NCBI GenBank assembly: GCA_021613535.1
Contig: CP075497.1
Location: 8,990,001 to 9,054,000, forward strand
Source: Adineta vaga
Lineage: Eukaryota; Animalia; Rotifera
Direction: 5' to 3'
DNA: 64,000 nt
The position numbers were made by a program, and so were the translations under genes. Below the pieces are notes generated by a model. It had not been told where the DNA came from. It saw only the letters and a program-made list of their open reading frames with translations, and made no database searches. Shown one piece after another: positions 14,829 to 28,368 of the stretch (position 1 is the stretch's first letter; every line of letters starts with the position of its first letter).

Positions 14829-15906
14829 ATGACGTCGTTCGACCGAACCGTACTGTATTGTAAGTTTTATATTTTGTACAAATTAGAAATATATCTCACG
14901 TTAATCTATAGTTTTCACCGTTTATTTTCTTGGAATATATCAGACAATAAATTGCGTAGAGATAACTTCATCATTCTCACCTCTGAATGTTTCCAGTTCA
15001 ACTGAAATTCTTAAACATACAACTGATATACATACATCTGTTGAAATTACTTCAACAACAGTCAGTTCGAGCACAAGTTCTTCGACAACCATATCAACAA
15101 CTATTAATACCTCTGTGTATTCATCAATCACGTCTACTATTACTATTATTACTTCTTCGTTTCTACCTCAAGGTAAGCAATCACTGAGCTCATAAATAAA
15201 TAAAACTCTAATCGAGACTAAAACATGATCGCCTTCAGGTAAATATATTTATATTAGGAAAAAACATAACTCAATATTAAAAAAAAATCTGTTTATATCT
15301 TTTGTTTCTTTTTAGCACCATCGGGACCAGGTTGGTGGTTATTCATTGCTCTTGTCATAACAATAATAATCGTCATTATTGCTGGTGTTATTTTTTATCA
15401 TCGACAGCAATCTCCCTATCGACGGTAAGAGAAGAAACAGAAAAGCACATGTCACTAACTTTATCTTAAATATCGCTTCATAAAATAATCGTTTTTATTG
15501 AAGATTGATATTGACTCAATCGTTAATGATATCTTTAGGTGAAGATGTTTAGAGAGAAAGATGTTTCATGACTTATTTTTAGATCTATTTCCTGTTCACA
15601 ATGGTTTAGACAGTGCAATTTCAGGTATATCCTATTAGATAATTGAAGTGTTTTATTCAAATCTTTTCCTTGTTTCGATTGTCTCATTCACATTAATTAA
15701 TACATTCTACATCACATCAGAGCATGTTTCTTTTTCATTCTTAAAAAGAATATAATTTTATCATGAATGTATCATTTGTTTTTCTCTTTATTAGATTTCT
15801 TCGAAATTGGCGATCTCATGATGATGATACCGATAATATTATTCTACAACTTGAACAATCTGATATCAATAACGATCAATGGCCATCTCGACTTGCTTTT
15901 AATTAA
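14829..15906 (+). CDS. Mucin-like type I membrane protein; 5 exons
   Basis: Signal-like N-terminus, S/T-rich stalk (14912-15171), TM exon WWLFIALVITIIIVIIAGVIFY (15316-15424), acidic tail ending WPSRLAFN*. Confidence 0.7.
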
Positions 15907-16505
15907 GTGGGTTCTTTTTTTTCTAAAATAAAACATTCAATTTTTCATGTAGATATATAAATAAGAATAAATATTTTGTTAATGAAAAGTCGATAGAAAA
16001 TATGATTGATCGATCAAAGTTATTTTTATCAAAAGTCAACAAATGTTGTTATTCAACATGTTAATTATGATTTTCATTGAAACCGAAAAAGTCAATCATC
16101 TATTCAAGATTCATGTTGTTTGTGAAAACAAACCATTCAAGATGTTTTCTTCTGTTTAACAGTAAGAAGAACTTATCTAGATATGAGACAAGTTTTTGGA
16201 ACCTGAAAAAAGTTTTTTTTGGACGAAAAGAAAAAAAAACGTCAGAACAAATATAATCGAATAAAAAGACGGAAACATTAATGGATAAGTTTTTCTTCAT
16301 CTCATCAAATCAGAAGAAAAGAAAATGTTTAATTCAACATGTCCATCTGCACGAACAAATTTGCCTAAAAAAAATGGAGGGATGAAATCCATCAGATCAC
16401 AGGTTAACACAAACAAAAAATGGCAAGAAAAAAGTCACAATCTTATTTGAAAAGAAAAACACACACATTGATACAGACAGACAAAATGAATGTTTAGAAA
16501 TAGTT

Positions 16506-19500
16506 CTATGTTGATGATTGACGAAAATGAAGTGTTTTTCTTTTACTTGCAAGACAAAATCGAATTTGTATTAATGATTCAAGGTAACCTAATGCCAATG
16601 TATGCAATGTTGATGAACGCATTGAAATTTTAACTAATTGAAAAACTGAAGTAGATGATTGATTGTCTCCTTGGTTTTCTTTAGATTCATTAGTATTATT
16701 ATTTTCATCGGATTTTAACTTTAATCTAAAAATATTTCTTAAAATAATCAATTGTTTTTCATTAAAATAAATGAATTTACTTATGAGATGATTGATCTCC
16801 ATTTATATCAAGTTCTTTTTCTAATCGTTCACATTCATTATCATTTAATTTACCTTGAATACGAAGATATATTTCATATTTACGAATATTTTCGATAATT
16901 TCTGTCCATTGTTCATTATATAAAGATTCGATTTGTTCAAATTGATTCCATAATTTAATCTCATCTGTATTCTCATTCGATACCGATGGTTGTTCAGTTG
17001 TTTTCTTTTTCGATTTCTTCAAATTCGACGAACGATTAGTTGTTGGATCATTATTATCAACTAATAATGAAGTTTTATTAAATAGACTAGCAAAAATTGA
17101 ACGAAACGCTAAATATAAACTATAAGTATATGATATAAATTCTGTATAGACAGAATAGAATTCCAATGGTGATTGTTTGCCAGCAAAATCATTAAGAAAA
17201 TCATTTGTTTCATTATTGTTTGTTTCACAACATCGTTTTTGAAATGAAGTTTTTTCTAATACTTCTAATAGTAATTGATAAGATCGTTGAAGTTGTTTTA
17301 GAATTGTATGATTATATTGTTCGATTTTCTCATAGGCAATAGTAACATTTGCTAATGATATTTTCGCTGGTGTTGCTGAAGCAGCTTCTGTTGATTTATT
17401 GATTGCTATTCCATTAAGAAGAATGTCAGCAAATAATGGAATTAATTTATATAATTCTAAATCAACAATTGATTGTAATTCACACGGTGTTATACTTTCG
17501 GTAGGATTGAATGATGTCACACATTGATTATAATCAGAAAGGATTAATTTTAATGTATTAAATATTTCTTCACTAGGCATATGAATAACATTCGTTGAAG
17601 ATAATGGATCGACATATAATGTATGAAGCATACTAAGTATATTTCCACGAAGATAGCAGAGACTAACACGTTGTTGAAAATCATTTGCTTGATATTGACG
17701 AAGAAATGAATCCTTATAAGTTGGTGATTGATATGATGTTTGATTCGAACTTTCATTTAAAGTTCGATCAGCATATGAGACGGTTTCAATTGGTTGATGA
17801 ATATTTTCAAAACGTAATCGACTAAAATAAATATCGAAAGATACTCGAATTGAAACAAATTTTCACATACCGATAATCAACTTTTGGCCAAATATCAAAA
17901 TCACGTGTATCTTGAACTTTGTATTCATCATTATTATTTGCTTTATAGAATAATCCATGTAATGATTGTTTATATTTCTGTTTATGATCGAATAAAACTT
18001 GATTGAATGGATGTTTTAATATATTAGCAATTGAATCATATCGATTTCCATTTTGAATTAGATCAACAACCATCGAACCGATTATTGATTGAATATAAAT
18101 CAATGAATACGTAAGATAACAATCGGAGAATGTTCGTATTTCATTAATACGTAGAAAATTTCCATATTTATAACAGAACATAATTTGACTCCATGAATCA
18201 TCATTATAAATAAGTAAAAGACTTGCTAAATAATTGAATGAACTTCTTATATGTCGATAATTTGTATGAATACGTAAGTAATGATCTGTTAAAAGATAAC
18301 CAAGTGAATAATATTGAATATTTTTTATTTCTAAACGTTCAAAGTAATCTTTCATTATTGTTAAACTATTAAAATGTAATGCCATATTATAGATATAAAG
18401 TTTAACATCAAAATTTGTTGAATCTTTTTCATATGCATGATCTAATAAGGCGTATATGTCCGATTTCGATTGTTTTATTTCGTCCATAATGTTTGCAATT
18501 AAGATGTATAGATCAATTGAAAGATCCGATGATTGATTTGCTAAATCAAATAACCGTTGAATTAATGATTGAGAATTTTCTTTTAACCAAGTATAATGTT
18601 TATCGCCGCATAATCGAGCACAAGAGAGAATATTAATTAAATATTGAGTATTCTTTTCACTCATTTCTGATGTTAATTGTTCAATTAAATATTTATGAAG
18701 ACGTGATCGATCTTCGGATGAAAGATATTCGAATGATCGATAGATATCATACATAACTAAACTAGTTGTTTTTAATGAATACATCTGAATATAGGTTGTA
18801 AGTTGATCGAAGAATGTATTTGAAAGATAAGTCGAAGCAAGTTCGGGTAATGTTGATGAATTTGTTTTTAGTCTTACAAGTTGCCATCGAAGACCAAATT
18901 CAATACGAGCTAGATGAATATTACGTAGGTCTGGTGTTCCTTCGGGTGTCGCTAGACGATCAGTGTTTAATGAATAAAGACTTTTATTTTTCATTTTCAA
19001 AAATCAACTTACTCAAAATAAAGTCATGTAGATCTTGAATTAATTCTTGTTGTTTCGATTGATCAAATTGAAAAAATGTATCAAATAACACTTCATACCA
19101 ATTCCAAAGATAATTATCTTCTTTTAGATATTCTTTTGCTAAACGATAGCATTCATCGAAATGACCAGCTTTATAATTATATAACAAAGGTTTTTCATGT
19201 GCGAAATAAGCCGGTAACATTGATTCATTTGTTGCTGTTTTAATTAAACCATCGATATGTTTATTAAGAAATGTCAATGCTTTGGGAAAATCTTTTTTTA
19301 ATTCTAATGTATGTAAATAAAGTAAACATTCCATTTCACCATAAGATTTTGCTTGTTGAGAATTTTCATCGAAAAATTCTTTTTCTAACATTTTTAATGC
19401 CATAGGAATATAAAGGATTTGACATAATTGATTGGAATTGTCATCAATTTGTAGGAGAACACTGATAACAGCCCAATTATAATAGGGAATTTTTCGTGTT

Positions 19501-20073
19501 AATTTATATAGTTTTTGAGCAGTTAATACTTGATTTTTGTAATCTTTTATGCGTACATAAGCCATAAATAATGAGCATAGATATTCTTCACTAGTTGGTT
19601 CACGTTTTGTTGCTATTTCATAAAGTCTAACGACTTTGTCATATTGTCGAAGATCTTTATAATATTGAGAGAGAAATGTTAAAGTATTTTCATCGACATT
19701 TGATGCATCACCAGGTGCAGCAGCATGTGTAGGAGTTGAAGCAAGAGTTTCCAATTCATTGACTAAGGCACGTGCTTCATCATGTTTGTCAAGTTTAAGT
19801 AAAACAAGACATTTCAAAGCTTTACATGCAGTAAAATGGGCTTGTTTTTTTAAAAGACGATCGATTTCGGTCAATGCTTTACGATAACTAAACATAGGAT
19901 GAAGAGATTATGAAAGTATTTAAAATGTATATCTACTTATGTATTTCCATAAAATCATAAATAGGACGAAGTCGTCGTTCATTAACTTCCAATCGTGGAT
20001 TCGCAATACGTTGAGAATCATTTTGATGTGATTGTGCTAATGTTCTCGCTGTCAGTGGTATTCCAGATGACAT
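16506..20073 (-). CDS. NAA25: N-terminal acetyltransferase B auxiliary subunit (NAA25/Mdm20)
   Basis: N-terminal EVNERRLRPIYD, TPR region LFMAYVRIKDYKNQ...LYK...YYNWAVIS, LEIKNIQYYSLGY, CYKYGNFLRINE, DTRDF; five long exons. Confidence 0.88.
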
Positions 20074-20365
20074 CTGAAGAAAAGAGAAGAAATTAACAAA
20101 CAATGAGATCTCAGAAATATTTTCTATTCAAGTGTTAGATACAGATATTTGAAGCAAGATACATTTGAATGAGAATAAAAGATAAATAAATGCAAATACA
20201 AGGAGATAAGAATCACACATAAGTTTTTGTTTTTTTTCTGCATTTTTTTAAAATACGGAAGAATTGTTTATATACATAGGTAAAAAAAGATTCTTTTTCC
20301 TCATGCGAATTAATATAACTGATCGATTGTTCATTGCTAAGATTGAATGAGTAATTGATTTGTTT

Positions 20366-21049
20366 TTATGAATTACGAACTTTGCCTGGAACATATTTAT
20401 CATGATCAATTGTTACTTCTTGAAGAAAAACATGAAGTGAACGTTCATTTTGAGCTAATGGATGACCAGCAACCTTATTAATAAATTGTTCGAGTCCTTT
20501 ACGTCGTTCATCAATAAATTCATCTTCAAAAATGCCATCATCACGACGAAAAAATGCAGGCATTTGTCTTTTCCAAGCTTTTGATGGCAATGGTGGAACA
20601 ACAATCTATAAAAATTTCATTGAAAACAAAAGTCTATTTATTTGAAAATATATTTTCTTACTTTACTATCACGTTCAAGTTCTTTACGTAACCATTCAAA
20701 ATCAGAATATCGACGACGAACAGTACATTCTTTTAGACGAAATACCGGTAAATTTGTCTATAAAACAATAATCTTATCGAAATAAAATAGAAAATCTTTC
20801 ATTCAATTTCACCTTCATTCGAACTTCATAATCTGTATATCGTTTACTTGCAAATCCATGTGTTTCAGGATTAAGAACTTCGATTTCAAGAAAATTAGCT
20901 GGAGGATCATAACGATCTTCAAGAGAAATCTATTTAACAAAAAAAAAGAAAGAAAGAAGAAAATGATTCATAAGAAGGAATTAATTGTTTACTGGACGTG
21001 TTGGTAAACGAGCAATTTCTCGACGATTTTCAGATTCAGTTACTGCCAT
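20366..21049 (-). CDS. SNX3: Sorting nexin 3/12 (PX domain only)
   Basis: YDPPANFLEIEV, RYTDYEVRM, TNLPVFRLKECTVRRRYSDFEWLRKELERDSK, IVVPPLPSKAWKRQMP, VAGHPLAQNERSLHVFLQ. Confidence 0.95.
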
Positions 21050-21151
21050 GAATATCTGAAATAAATAATCGATCAAAAAGAAGAAAAAAGTGGAATAAAC
21101 AAACACATCACACATTCATAAATCTAGCATTTATTTTCCTCTTCTATTTTG

Positions 21152-21168
21152 TATATATATATATATAT
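21152..21168. repeat. (TA)n microsatellite
   Basis: Direct reading; similar tracts near 37540 and 59305. Confidence 0.8.
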
Positions 21169-21401
21169 ACATGTGTATGAAGTCATAAAATATCTTTACT
21201 ACTGACCTCTAATGATCGAATATTTCATTGGTTTGAACAATTTGATGAAGAAATAAAATAAAACAAAACGAAAGAGAAGAGGGTCAATCAACGAAACGAA
21301 TACTACTTTCTTGTTGACAAGATTTTATCAAATTATACTGTAAAATTTTCTTTTAAATTGTGATATATTCATCATATTCCATTCATTTGCAATCAAAAAC
21401 A

Positions 21402-22186
21402 ATGTCTACACGTAAAATTCTCATTTTTATATTTCGAAATCTCTTGAAATGTTTATTTCAGGTGTTCAGATATCCATTCGATATTTATTATGGTTTGCAT
21501 ATTCATTACCAGGCTTTGCATTATTTACTTGTGTGGGTTTATCTCTTTTGAAAGATTTCGAAAAATCGACTCGAACACATTGTAATGTGTTTAATTTTCT
21601 TCCATCAATTTCAGCATCGATCGGTGATTGTGAACCACAACGTTATATTTGGCGTTTATGTTTTGCATTAGATAGTATTCCTCGTTATCTTATTGGATAT
21701 TTACAATTGATACGTTTATTAAATCGTCATCATATGGGTTTACCTGAATTGTATCCATTTGTTCAAATTGGAAATAGTTGTATTCATTTTCTTGAATTAA
21801 CTTTTCTTCTCTTATTAACGTATATTTCATCAAATGAAATTAAATGGATACATGAATGTTCATTTATTGGTTTTATGATTTGTTCATTATTACATATGTT
21901 ATTAACTATATTGATAGATTATTTTTGGCCACGAACAATCACTGCTCGTCCAACTGATCAAGAGATAAATGCACGTTCAAAACGATTGAAATGGTTTCTT
22001 ATTAATATTCTTTCGTTTTTTATTTCACTCTATTTCTATTTTCGACATAATAGTTCTTGTGAAGCAAATATCTATTCTATGTATTGCCTTTTTGAATATT
22101 TTGTTGTATTAACTAATATTGCCTATCATTCAGTTGTTATGGACGAATGGGATCAAAATAATGGACAATTACAAATCTTTTTTTAA
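21402..22186 (+). CDS. PGAP2: Post-GPI attachment to proteins factor 2 (Frag1/DRAM/Sfk1 family)
   Basis: THCNVFNFLPSISASIG, PQRYIWR, LLLLTYISSNE, YFYFRHNSSCE, FEYFVVLTNIAYH; short first exon 21402-21411. Confidence 0.92.
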
Positions 22187-22232
22187 AATAAACTAAACAT
22201 AAATCAAGACAGTCCGTATTTTCTTCTAGATA

Positions 22233-23790
22233 ATGGCAGATAATAATGAACCTAGTAAGAAAGAGAAGTTTCGTCAAGAAACTAAAGCAGATAGACGAAT
22301 ACGATTTAAGGAACGTCGACGAATAAAAGCTGAATCGAAACTAGTAGGTTTTCGTCAATCCACACATTATATTGATACGGAATTAACTAATGAATCAATC
22401 TATTATATCGATCCTCAATCACCTGAATTACGTAAAGTTCATCCCTATTTTTTTACATGGATCACACATGCAAAAGAACGTTGGTATGGACGAACGATAG
22501 CCGATGTTTTTCAATATGAATTTCGTCGTTCAATATTAAAACAAAATTTTGAAGATATTTTACGAAATGGTCTTGTACGAATCAATGGTCAATGTATTGA
22601 TAAAGATTATATCATGCAAAATGGTGATAAATTAGAACATTATACACATCGACATGAAGTACCAGTGATTAATCAAAAAATCAATATTCTAATAAATAAT
22701 GAAGATTATTTAGTTATTGATAAACCATGTTCAATACCTGTACATGTACGTTTAATAAAACTTCTCTTTCGAATCTCATAGAACTGTTTTTTAGCCTTGT
22801 GGAAAATATCGATTCAATACTGTATTGGCGATACTTCATTATGAATATCATTTATCCAATATACGTACAGTTCATCGTTTAGATCGAATGACGTCAGGTA
22901 TATTAATTATGGCTAAATCAGCTGCAAAAGCACGTGCGATTGATTTCAATGCTGATCGTACGTCAGCAAATGGTGTTGATAAACTTTATTTATGTCGTGT
23001 TCGTGGTGATTTCCCCTATGTAAATCAAATTGTTCGTGTTGATCAACCCATCGAAACATTTTCATTTCAACTTGGCCTAACGAAAATTGGAGGAAATAAA
23101 CAATGTCAAACTTTGTTTCGTCGTGTAACATTCGAAGAATTACAACAACAAAAAGAACAACATGGAAAATTTATCTTTGATTTAAATAATGAAAATACAG
23201 AAGTAACCATTGATGAATCATTATATAAATATGCAGATCAAGATGAAACGAAAACAAGTCTTATTCTTTGTCGACCATTGAGTGGACGAATGCATCAAAT
23301 TCGTGTTCATTTACAATATTTAGGTTTTCCTATTGTTAATGATCCTCTATATAATGCTCCAAATATATGGGGTTCAACAAATGGACAATATGCACAATAT
23401 GAACATTCAAATGAATATGTTGTCGAGACATTTATTAAATTACATAGTTGTGAATATTGGCTAATGAGTGATATTGAAAATGAAGATGAAAATATAAACG
23501 CCAATGGTAAACGAACTGTAGAAGTGGAAGAACAAACAACTGATGATACTAAACGAGTAAAAACTGAAGATAAAGAAGAAGAAGAAGAAACAACAGCAAC
23601 ACCGACAACGATCGATGTAAACGATGATAATGCTGTTAAAAATTATATTAAAGAACATTGCTTTGAATGTTTGAATCGTTTTCGTGAACCACCATCTGAT
23701 CAACTTGTCATGTATTTACATGCATTACAATATAGAATATCTACTGATGTGACTTTTACTGGTTCATTACCTGATTGGGTACAGATTTAA
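22233..23790 (+). CDS. RPUSD2: RluA-family pseudouridine synthase (RPUSD2-like); 2 exons
   Basis: LRKVHPYFFTW..HAKERW, HRHEVPV, VIDKPCSIPVHPCGKYR, catalytic VHRLDRMTSG, GRMHQIRVHLQYLGFPIVNDPLY, MYLHALQY. Confidence 0.92.
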
Positions 23791-24266
23791 GAAAAGAATT
23801 GAATCCGTTTGTTTTTTTGTTTATGATATTTCTTTTCATAAATAGAAAATAAATCTTACACTAATCAGTATAAAATAAAACAACATTTTCAAATAATTGC
23901 CAATCGATCACTAATAGATGCTCAATCTCTAAATATTAATTTCGAAATAAGATAATACCTTCGACATTGTTTTCATTTGAATGTTGGAAAGAAAAAAGAG
24001 ACCATGTTTGATTAATGTGGTCACTATTATCTTTCTTATCAGTTAATGTAGATGTGGTAGAAACAAACGATGTCATGTCTTTGTCAAAAACATGACATTC
24101 ATAAATTCTCATTATTATTTGCGAGTGACCAACTAAAGTGGTTGGAGAAATATTGTAGAAAAGCATGACAAAAAACTGTAAATTTGAATACTTCCTAAAC
24201 AAATCAAATTGATAAGATGAATAAGAAATCCTGATATTCCGCACAGGCACATAGATATTTTTTCGT

Positions 24267-24273
24267 ATAAAAC
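24267..24273 (+). promoter_or_regulatory. Candidate TATA box of the SRCR gene
   Basis: TATAAAA about 90 nt upstream of the ATG, followed ~30 nt later by an initiator-like CATCATTC. Weak evidence in AT-rich DNA. Confidence 0.35.
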
Positions 24274-24360
24274 GGAATGCATTATGCCAGATCAACAGCA
24301 CATCATTCTCATCTATTCAAAGCAACTGCGTAAACTACAACTACAACAATAACAAAAAAC

Positions 24361-24903
24361 ATGCAAGCTACATTCATTGCCATTGTATTCTTTGCTACTT
24401 ACGGTTTAATCATGGGTAACAGTTTGTATGATCTTGAACCACAAGGTCGAGATGTTGGATTGGCTACTTGTGAAAAAATCTATGGATTAATGGCTTATCC
24501 ACGTATCATCAAGAATATAACAGTTCTTCGAACATCACCACTACGAGTTCGTGTACATCTTTTAGCTCAAGGTCCATCGAAATCGATTCCATTCAGTGTG
24601 GAAGGCATGGTATGCCAAGTTGGATTCGATCAAAATGCTGCTAGTGCAGCTTGTCGATCTCAAAATTTCCATAATGCTGTTATGGTTACCGATATTGCAT
24701 GGCATGAACCACCTGCCAGCTATGGTCAACAATGTATCATGGATACAGAATCATACAAAAGTGTTATTCCATGTGAATATATCTTACATCAATTGAGCTG
24801 TCCACCATCGGCAACTAATTTAGCTGACTGTCGTTTTCCTCCATTATTCAGTCAATCTACAGGATGCAATGCATATACACATGTCGGACTTATTTGTACA
24901 TAA
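24361..24903 (+). CDS. Secreted single SRCR-like domain protein, intronless CDS
   Basis: Signal peptide; GMVCQVGFDQNAASAACRS, LHQLSC....NLADC and CNAYTHVGLIC match scavenger-receptor cysteine-rich spacing. Confidence 0.72.
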   Translation: MQATFIAIVFFATYGLIMGNSLYDLEPQGRDVGLATCEKIYGLMAYPRIIKNITVLRTSPLRVRVHLLAQGPSKSIPFSVEGMVCQVGFDQNAASAACRSQNFHNAVMVTDIAWHEPPASYGQQCIMDTESYKSVIPCEYILHQLSCPPSATNLADCRFPPLFSQSTGCNAYTHVGLICT

Positions 24904-25400
24904 ATATGTGAATTTTTTTTTCTTTTATAAAATCAAATAAAATTTCTTTCTTTCTTATTCTATTCGAGCATGTATAAACATAAATGAATATAGACGGTGT
25001 AGGTCATAAACAGACAGATGAACCGACAACGGCAATCACATTTGTTCATAAATTCGCATCCACCTTCAAGATTGAACGTAAATTAATTTTCGGTGTTAAT
25101 ATATCTTGAAACAACCACTTGGATATTCTTTAAATTTGTTTGAATATTGATTTTTTAAAGATTATTATTTGTTGCAATATATTGTTATAAATTGTCAAAC
25201 AACGCCATCTGTAATGTCAAGTTACAACCATCTTTTCTGTAACCAATATGAAAAACAAAAGCCAAGAAAATAAATAAACAGACAAAATTTTTGTACTTGT
25301 ATAGTTCATCAATTGAAAATTAGTAATTTAGTATTTATTTCATAGAAAATTAAGAGAAATAGTTTTCTTTTTAAGATTGATATAAATTTTCACAGAAAAA

Positions 25401-27053
25401 ATGATGCGAAAAAAGGTAAATGTTGTTTAATAAATGTTTATCTGATCTTATATTGTTTCCATCTAGGTTCTTCTAATGGGCAAAAGTGGCGGTGGAAAAA
25501 CATCTATGCGTTCAATTATTTTTGCTAATTACAGTGCAAAAGATACTCGGCGTCTCGGCGCTACAAGTATAAAATAATTCTTTTGTCTTCTTATGTTTTC
25601 ATTCGACTAAATGATCTGATTTTTTTTGCTTTAGTGGATGTTGAACAATCGTACGTTCGTTTTCTCGGTAATCTTATATTAAATCTATGGGATTGTGGTG
25701 GTCAAGAAGCATTCATGGAATGTTATTTTGCTGCCCAAAAAGATAATATTTTTAAAAATGTAGAAGTTCTTATATATGTATTCGATGTTCAAAGTCAAGA
25801 ATTAGACAAAGTATATATATATATATTTCATCCATAATTAACTCATACGTTTTTTCTTCTAACATCTGTATTTTATTTTAGGATTTACACTATTATCAGT
25901 CCTGTCTAGAATCTATTCTACAACATTCAAGTCATGCTAAAATCTTTTGTCTTGTACACAAAATGGATTTAATACCGGAAGATATGCGTGACACAGTAAG
26001 ATATCTCTTCTATTCTTAATCATCTCATTTAATTGATTCATCAGGTATTTGCTGAACGACAAAATATTCTAACGAATCTATCTAAACCATTGCAATGTTC
26101 ATGTTTTCGAACATCGATTTGGGATGAAACATTGTATAAGGTAAACTGATTGATGAGAATAAATGATAGGAATCATACGATTGATTTTAGGCTTGGTCAC
26201 AAATCGTTTATCAACTGGTGCCAAATGTGAAAGGTTTAGAAAAAACATTAACAAATTTTGCTGAAATTATCGATGCAGATGAAATTTTACTTTTTGAAAA
26301 AGCTACTTTTCTAGTAAAAAAACGTTTTATTTTGAATTTGTTCAAAACAAAGAAACGAATTTAACATTGTTTTAGGTTATTTCACATTGTACACGAAAAC
26401 CTCATCGAGATACGCGACGATTTGAAAAGATAAGTGATATTATAAAACAGTTCAAGTTATCCTGCAGGTAATAAAGAATATATATATATATGTTGAAACT
26501 GAACGAAGAAGATTTAATATTCTAGTAAACTAACTGCCGCATTTCAATCGATGGAAGTACGAAATTCAACATTCGCTTGTTTTATTGAACTATTAACACC
26601 AAATACATATGTTATGGTTGTTATTAGTGATCCATCGATCTGTAAGTTCAAATTCATTTAAGATTAACTACTCGAATCTCTATCGTTTCTATTCCTATCA
26701 CAAAACAATTTTAAAACATACATTACTTATCTTATCTTATCTCAGTTTGTGCTATCGATCAGCATGACATAGATGTTGTTTGACAGAATATTACTGAATG
26801 ATATATTCCACATGTTCGAAGCTTTCATACTTATCCGTTGTTTATTAATCCAGCAAAATCTTACTGGACTAACAAAATAAATAGAGATGATAAGATCATT
26901 CTGTACTCTGGGATATTGATAGAAAATACTATAGAAAAGTAAATTTATTATACGTCTCTATTTTATTTTTTAGCATCGGAAGTCACATTGATGAATATTC
27001 GTAATGCTCGCAAAGTATTTGAAAAACTCGAAAAAGATGTTGCTCGAAATTAA
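25401..27053 (+). CDS. RRAGA: Ras-related GTP-binding protein RagA/B (Gtr1); ~9 exons
   Basis: [88 protein letters not shown]. Confidence 0.96.
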
Positions 27054-27382
27054 ACTTTCAAATCTATCGATAAAGAATTCAAATTTTGATGAAACCAACA
27101 AACAGTTAGCTTGCCATTCAACTCTAATTTGACATAAAAAAATCAGAATAAATCATACTTCTTTCTTCTTTTCTTTTGCTTATATACATATATATTTCAA
27201 ACTAGCCGGATGATATTGTTATGTAATTGTGTATTTCCCTTTGTTTATCATCATCAACATTTGTTAACAAGATATTACTTTTTTTCTTTTCTTCTACGTC
27301 TCTCTTTCTCTTTTTTTATATGTATAACAATCGAAATAAATGTCTTTTGATCTATAAAATAAAACTTGTTTCTTTTGTTTGT

Positions 27383-28368
27383 TTAATTCTCTATTTGTTC
27401 CATAGATTTCATAAGATTATTCTTCGACTTTTCATTAATACGATGCTCATCATGATTACTCCAATCGAATGATGTACCAAGACGAATAGTAAGAATTGTA
27501 ATTATACCAATAAAAAATACTAATTGAATCCATGAAGATACAATTGCAAGTATCATATAGACATAGATTGAGGAAGCATTAGGATATTGTTCGAAAGAAA
27601 TATGATTTAGTTGACCACAACTAGTTATATGATTATCATTCGATGTAAGAGTTGAACAGAATTTAAGAAAACCATTTGTAAGAATAGATGCATTGATTAA
27701 AGAGAAAAAACCGAGAATAATCGAAATTGGAAACCTAAACAAAAAAGAGTTAGAAGATAAGTGAGAATAAGAATAGTCTGTTTTCTTATTTACCATGGCA
27801 CAATTAGACATTGATCATTTGTTGTTATTATACGATTATCTCCATTGAATAGTATAAAAAAGAATCCAGTCATGATACAATAAATAAATGTAAAAACATT
27901 ATAAAATGTACAGAAATCACATGTCGATTGTGAACTAAATCTTTCTGTTAGAGGAATAATTTTAATTGTCCAATTCGCTGGACTATTAATAAATGTTTGA
28001 AATTTAAATGTAGCATACAATGGGCATTGTTGTTTAAATTGTACTATACTTGAGCCAACAATAAGAGCAATAGTAAAACTAGTTAAACCAATTAATGTAA
28101 TAAACAAAAGAAATACTATACGTAAATTATTATCAGACAAATGTGGTAGATGTATTGAGGAGATGATTTGAATTAATCGAGAATAGTAACGTTGAATAAA
28201 TGTTTGTTGTTTTGTTTCAATTGAAGATTGATTGTCATTATCAGCTATGTGATTTGATTCACAAATGACAATAATATTATCATCTTTATTCGAAGTTTTG
28301 TTTGAAGAAAGTGGAGACATTGGAATGAGTTGTTGTTCTTCGTCAAGATTTTCTATATTTATATTCAT
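27383..28368 (-). CDS. TMEM179-like four-TM protein; 2 exons
   Basis: QCPLYA, S..CDF, GFLKFCSTL and SSWIQLVFF resemble the TMEM179 family; four hydrophobic segments; ~80-aa N-terminal extension. Confidence 0.7.

Noticed and set aside
14829-15906. Possible CD164/endolyn identity for the mucin-like gene
   Set aside because: It lacks the Cys-rich domain and the terminal YHTL-type motif.
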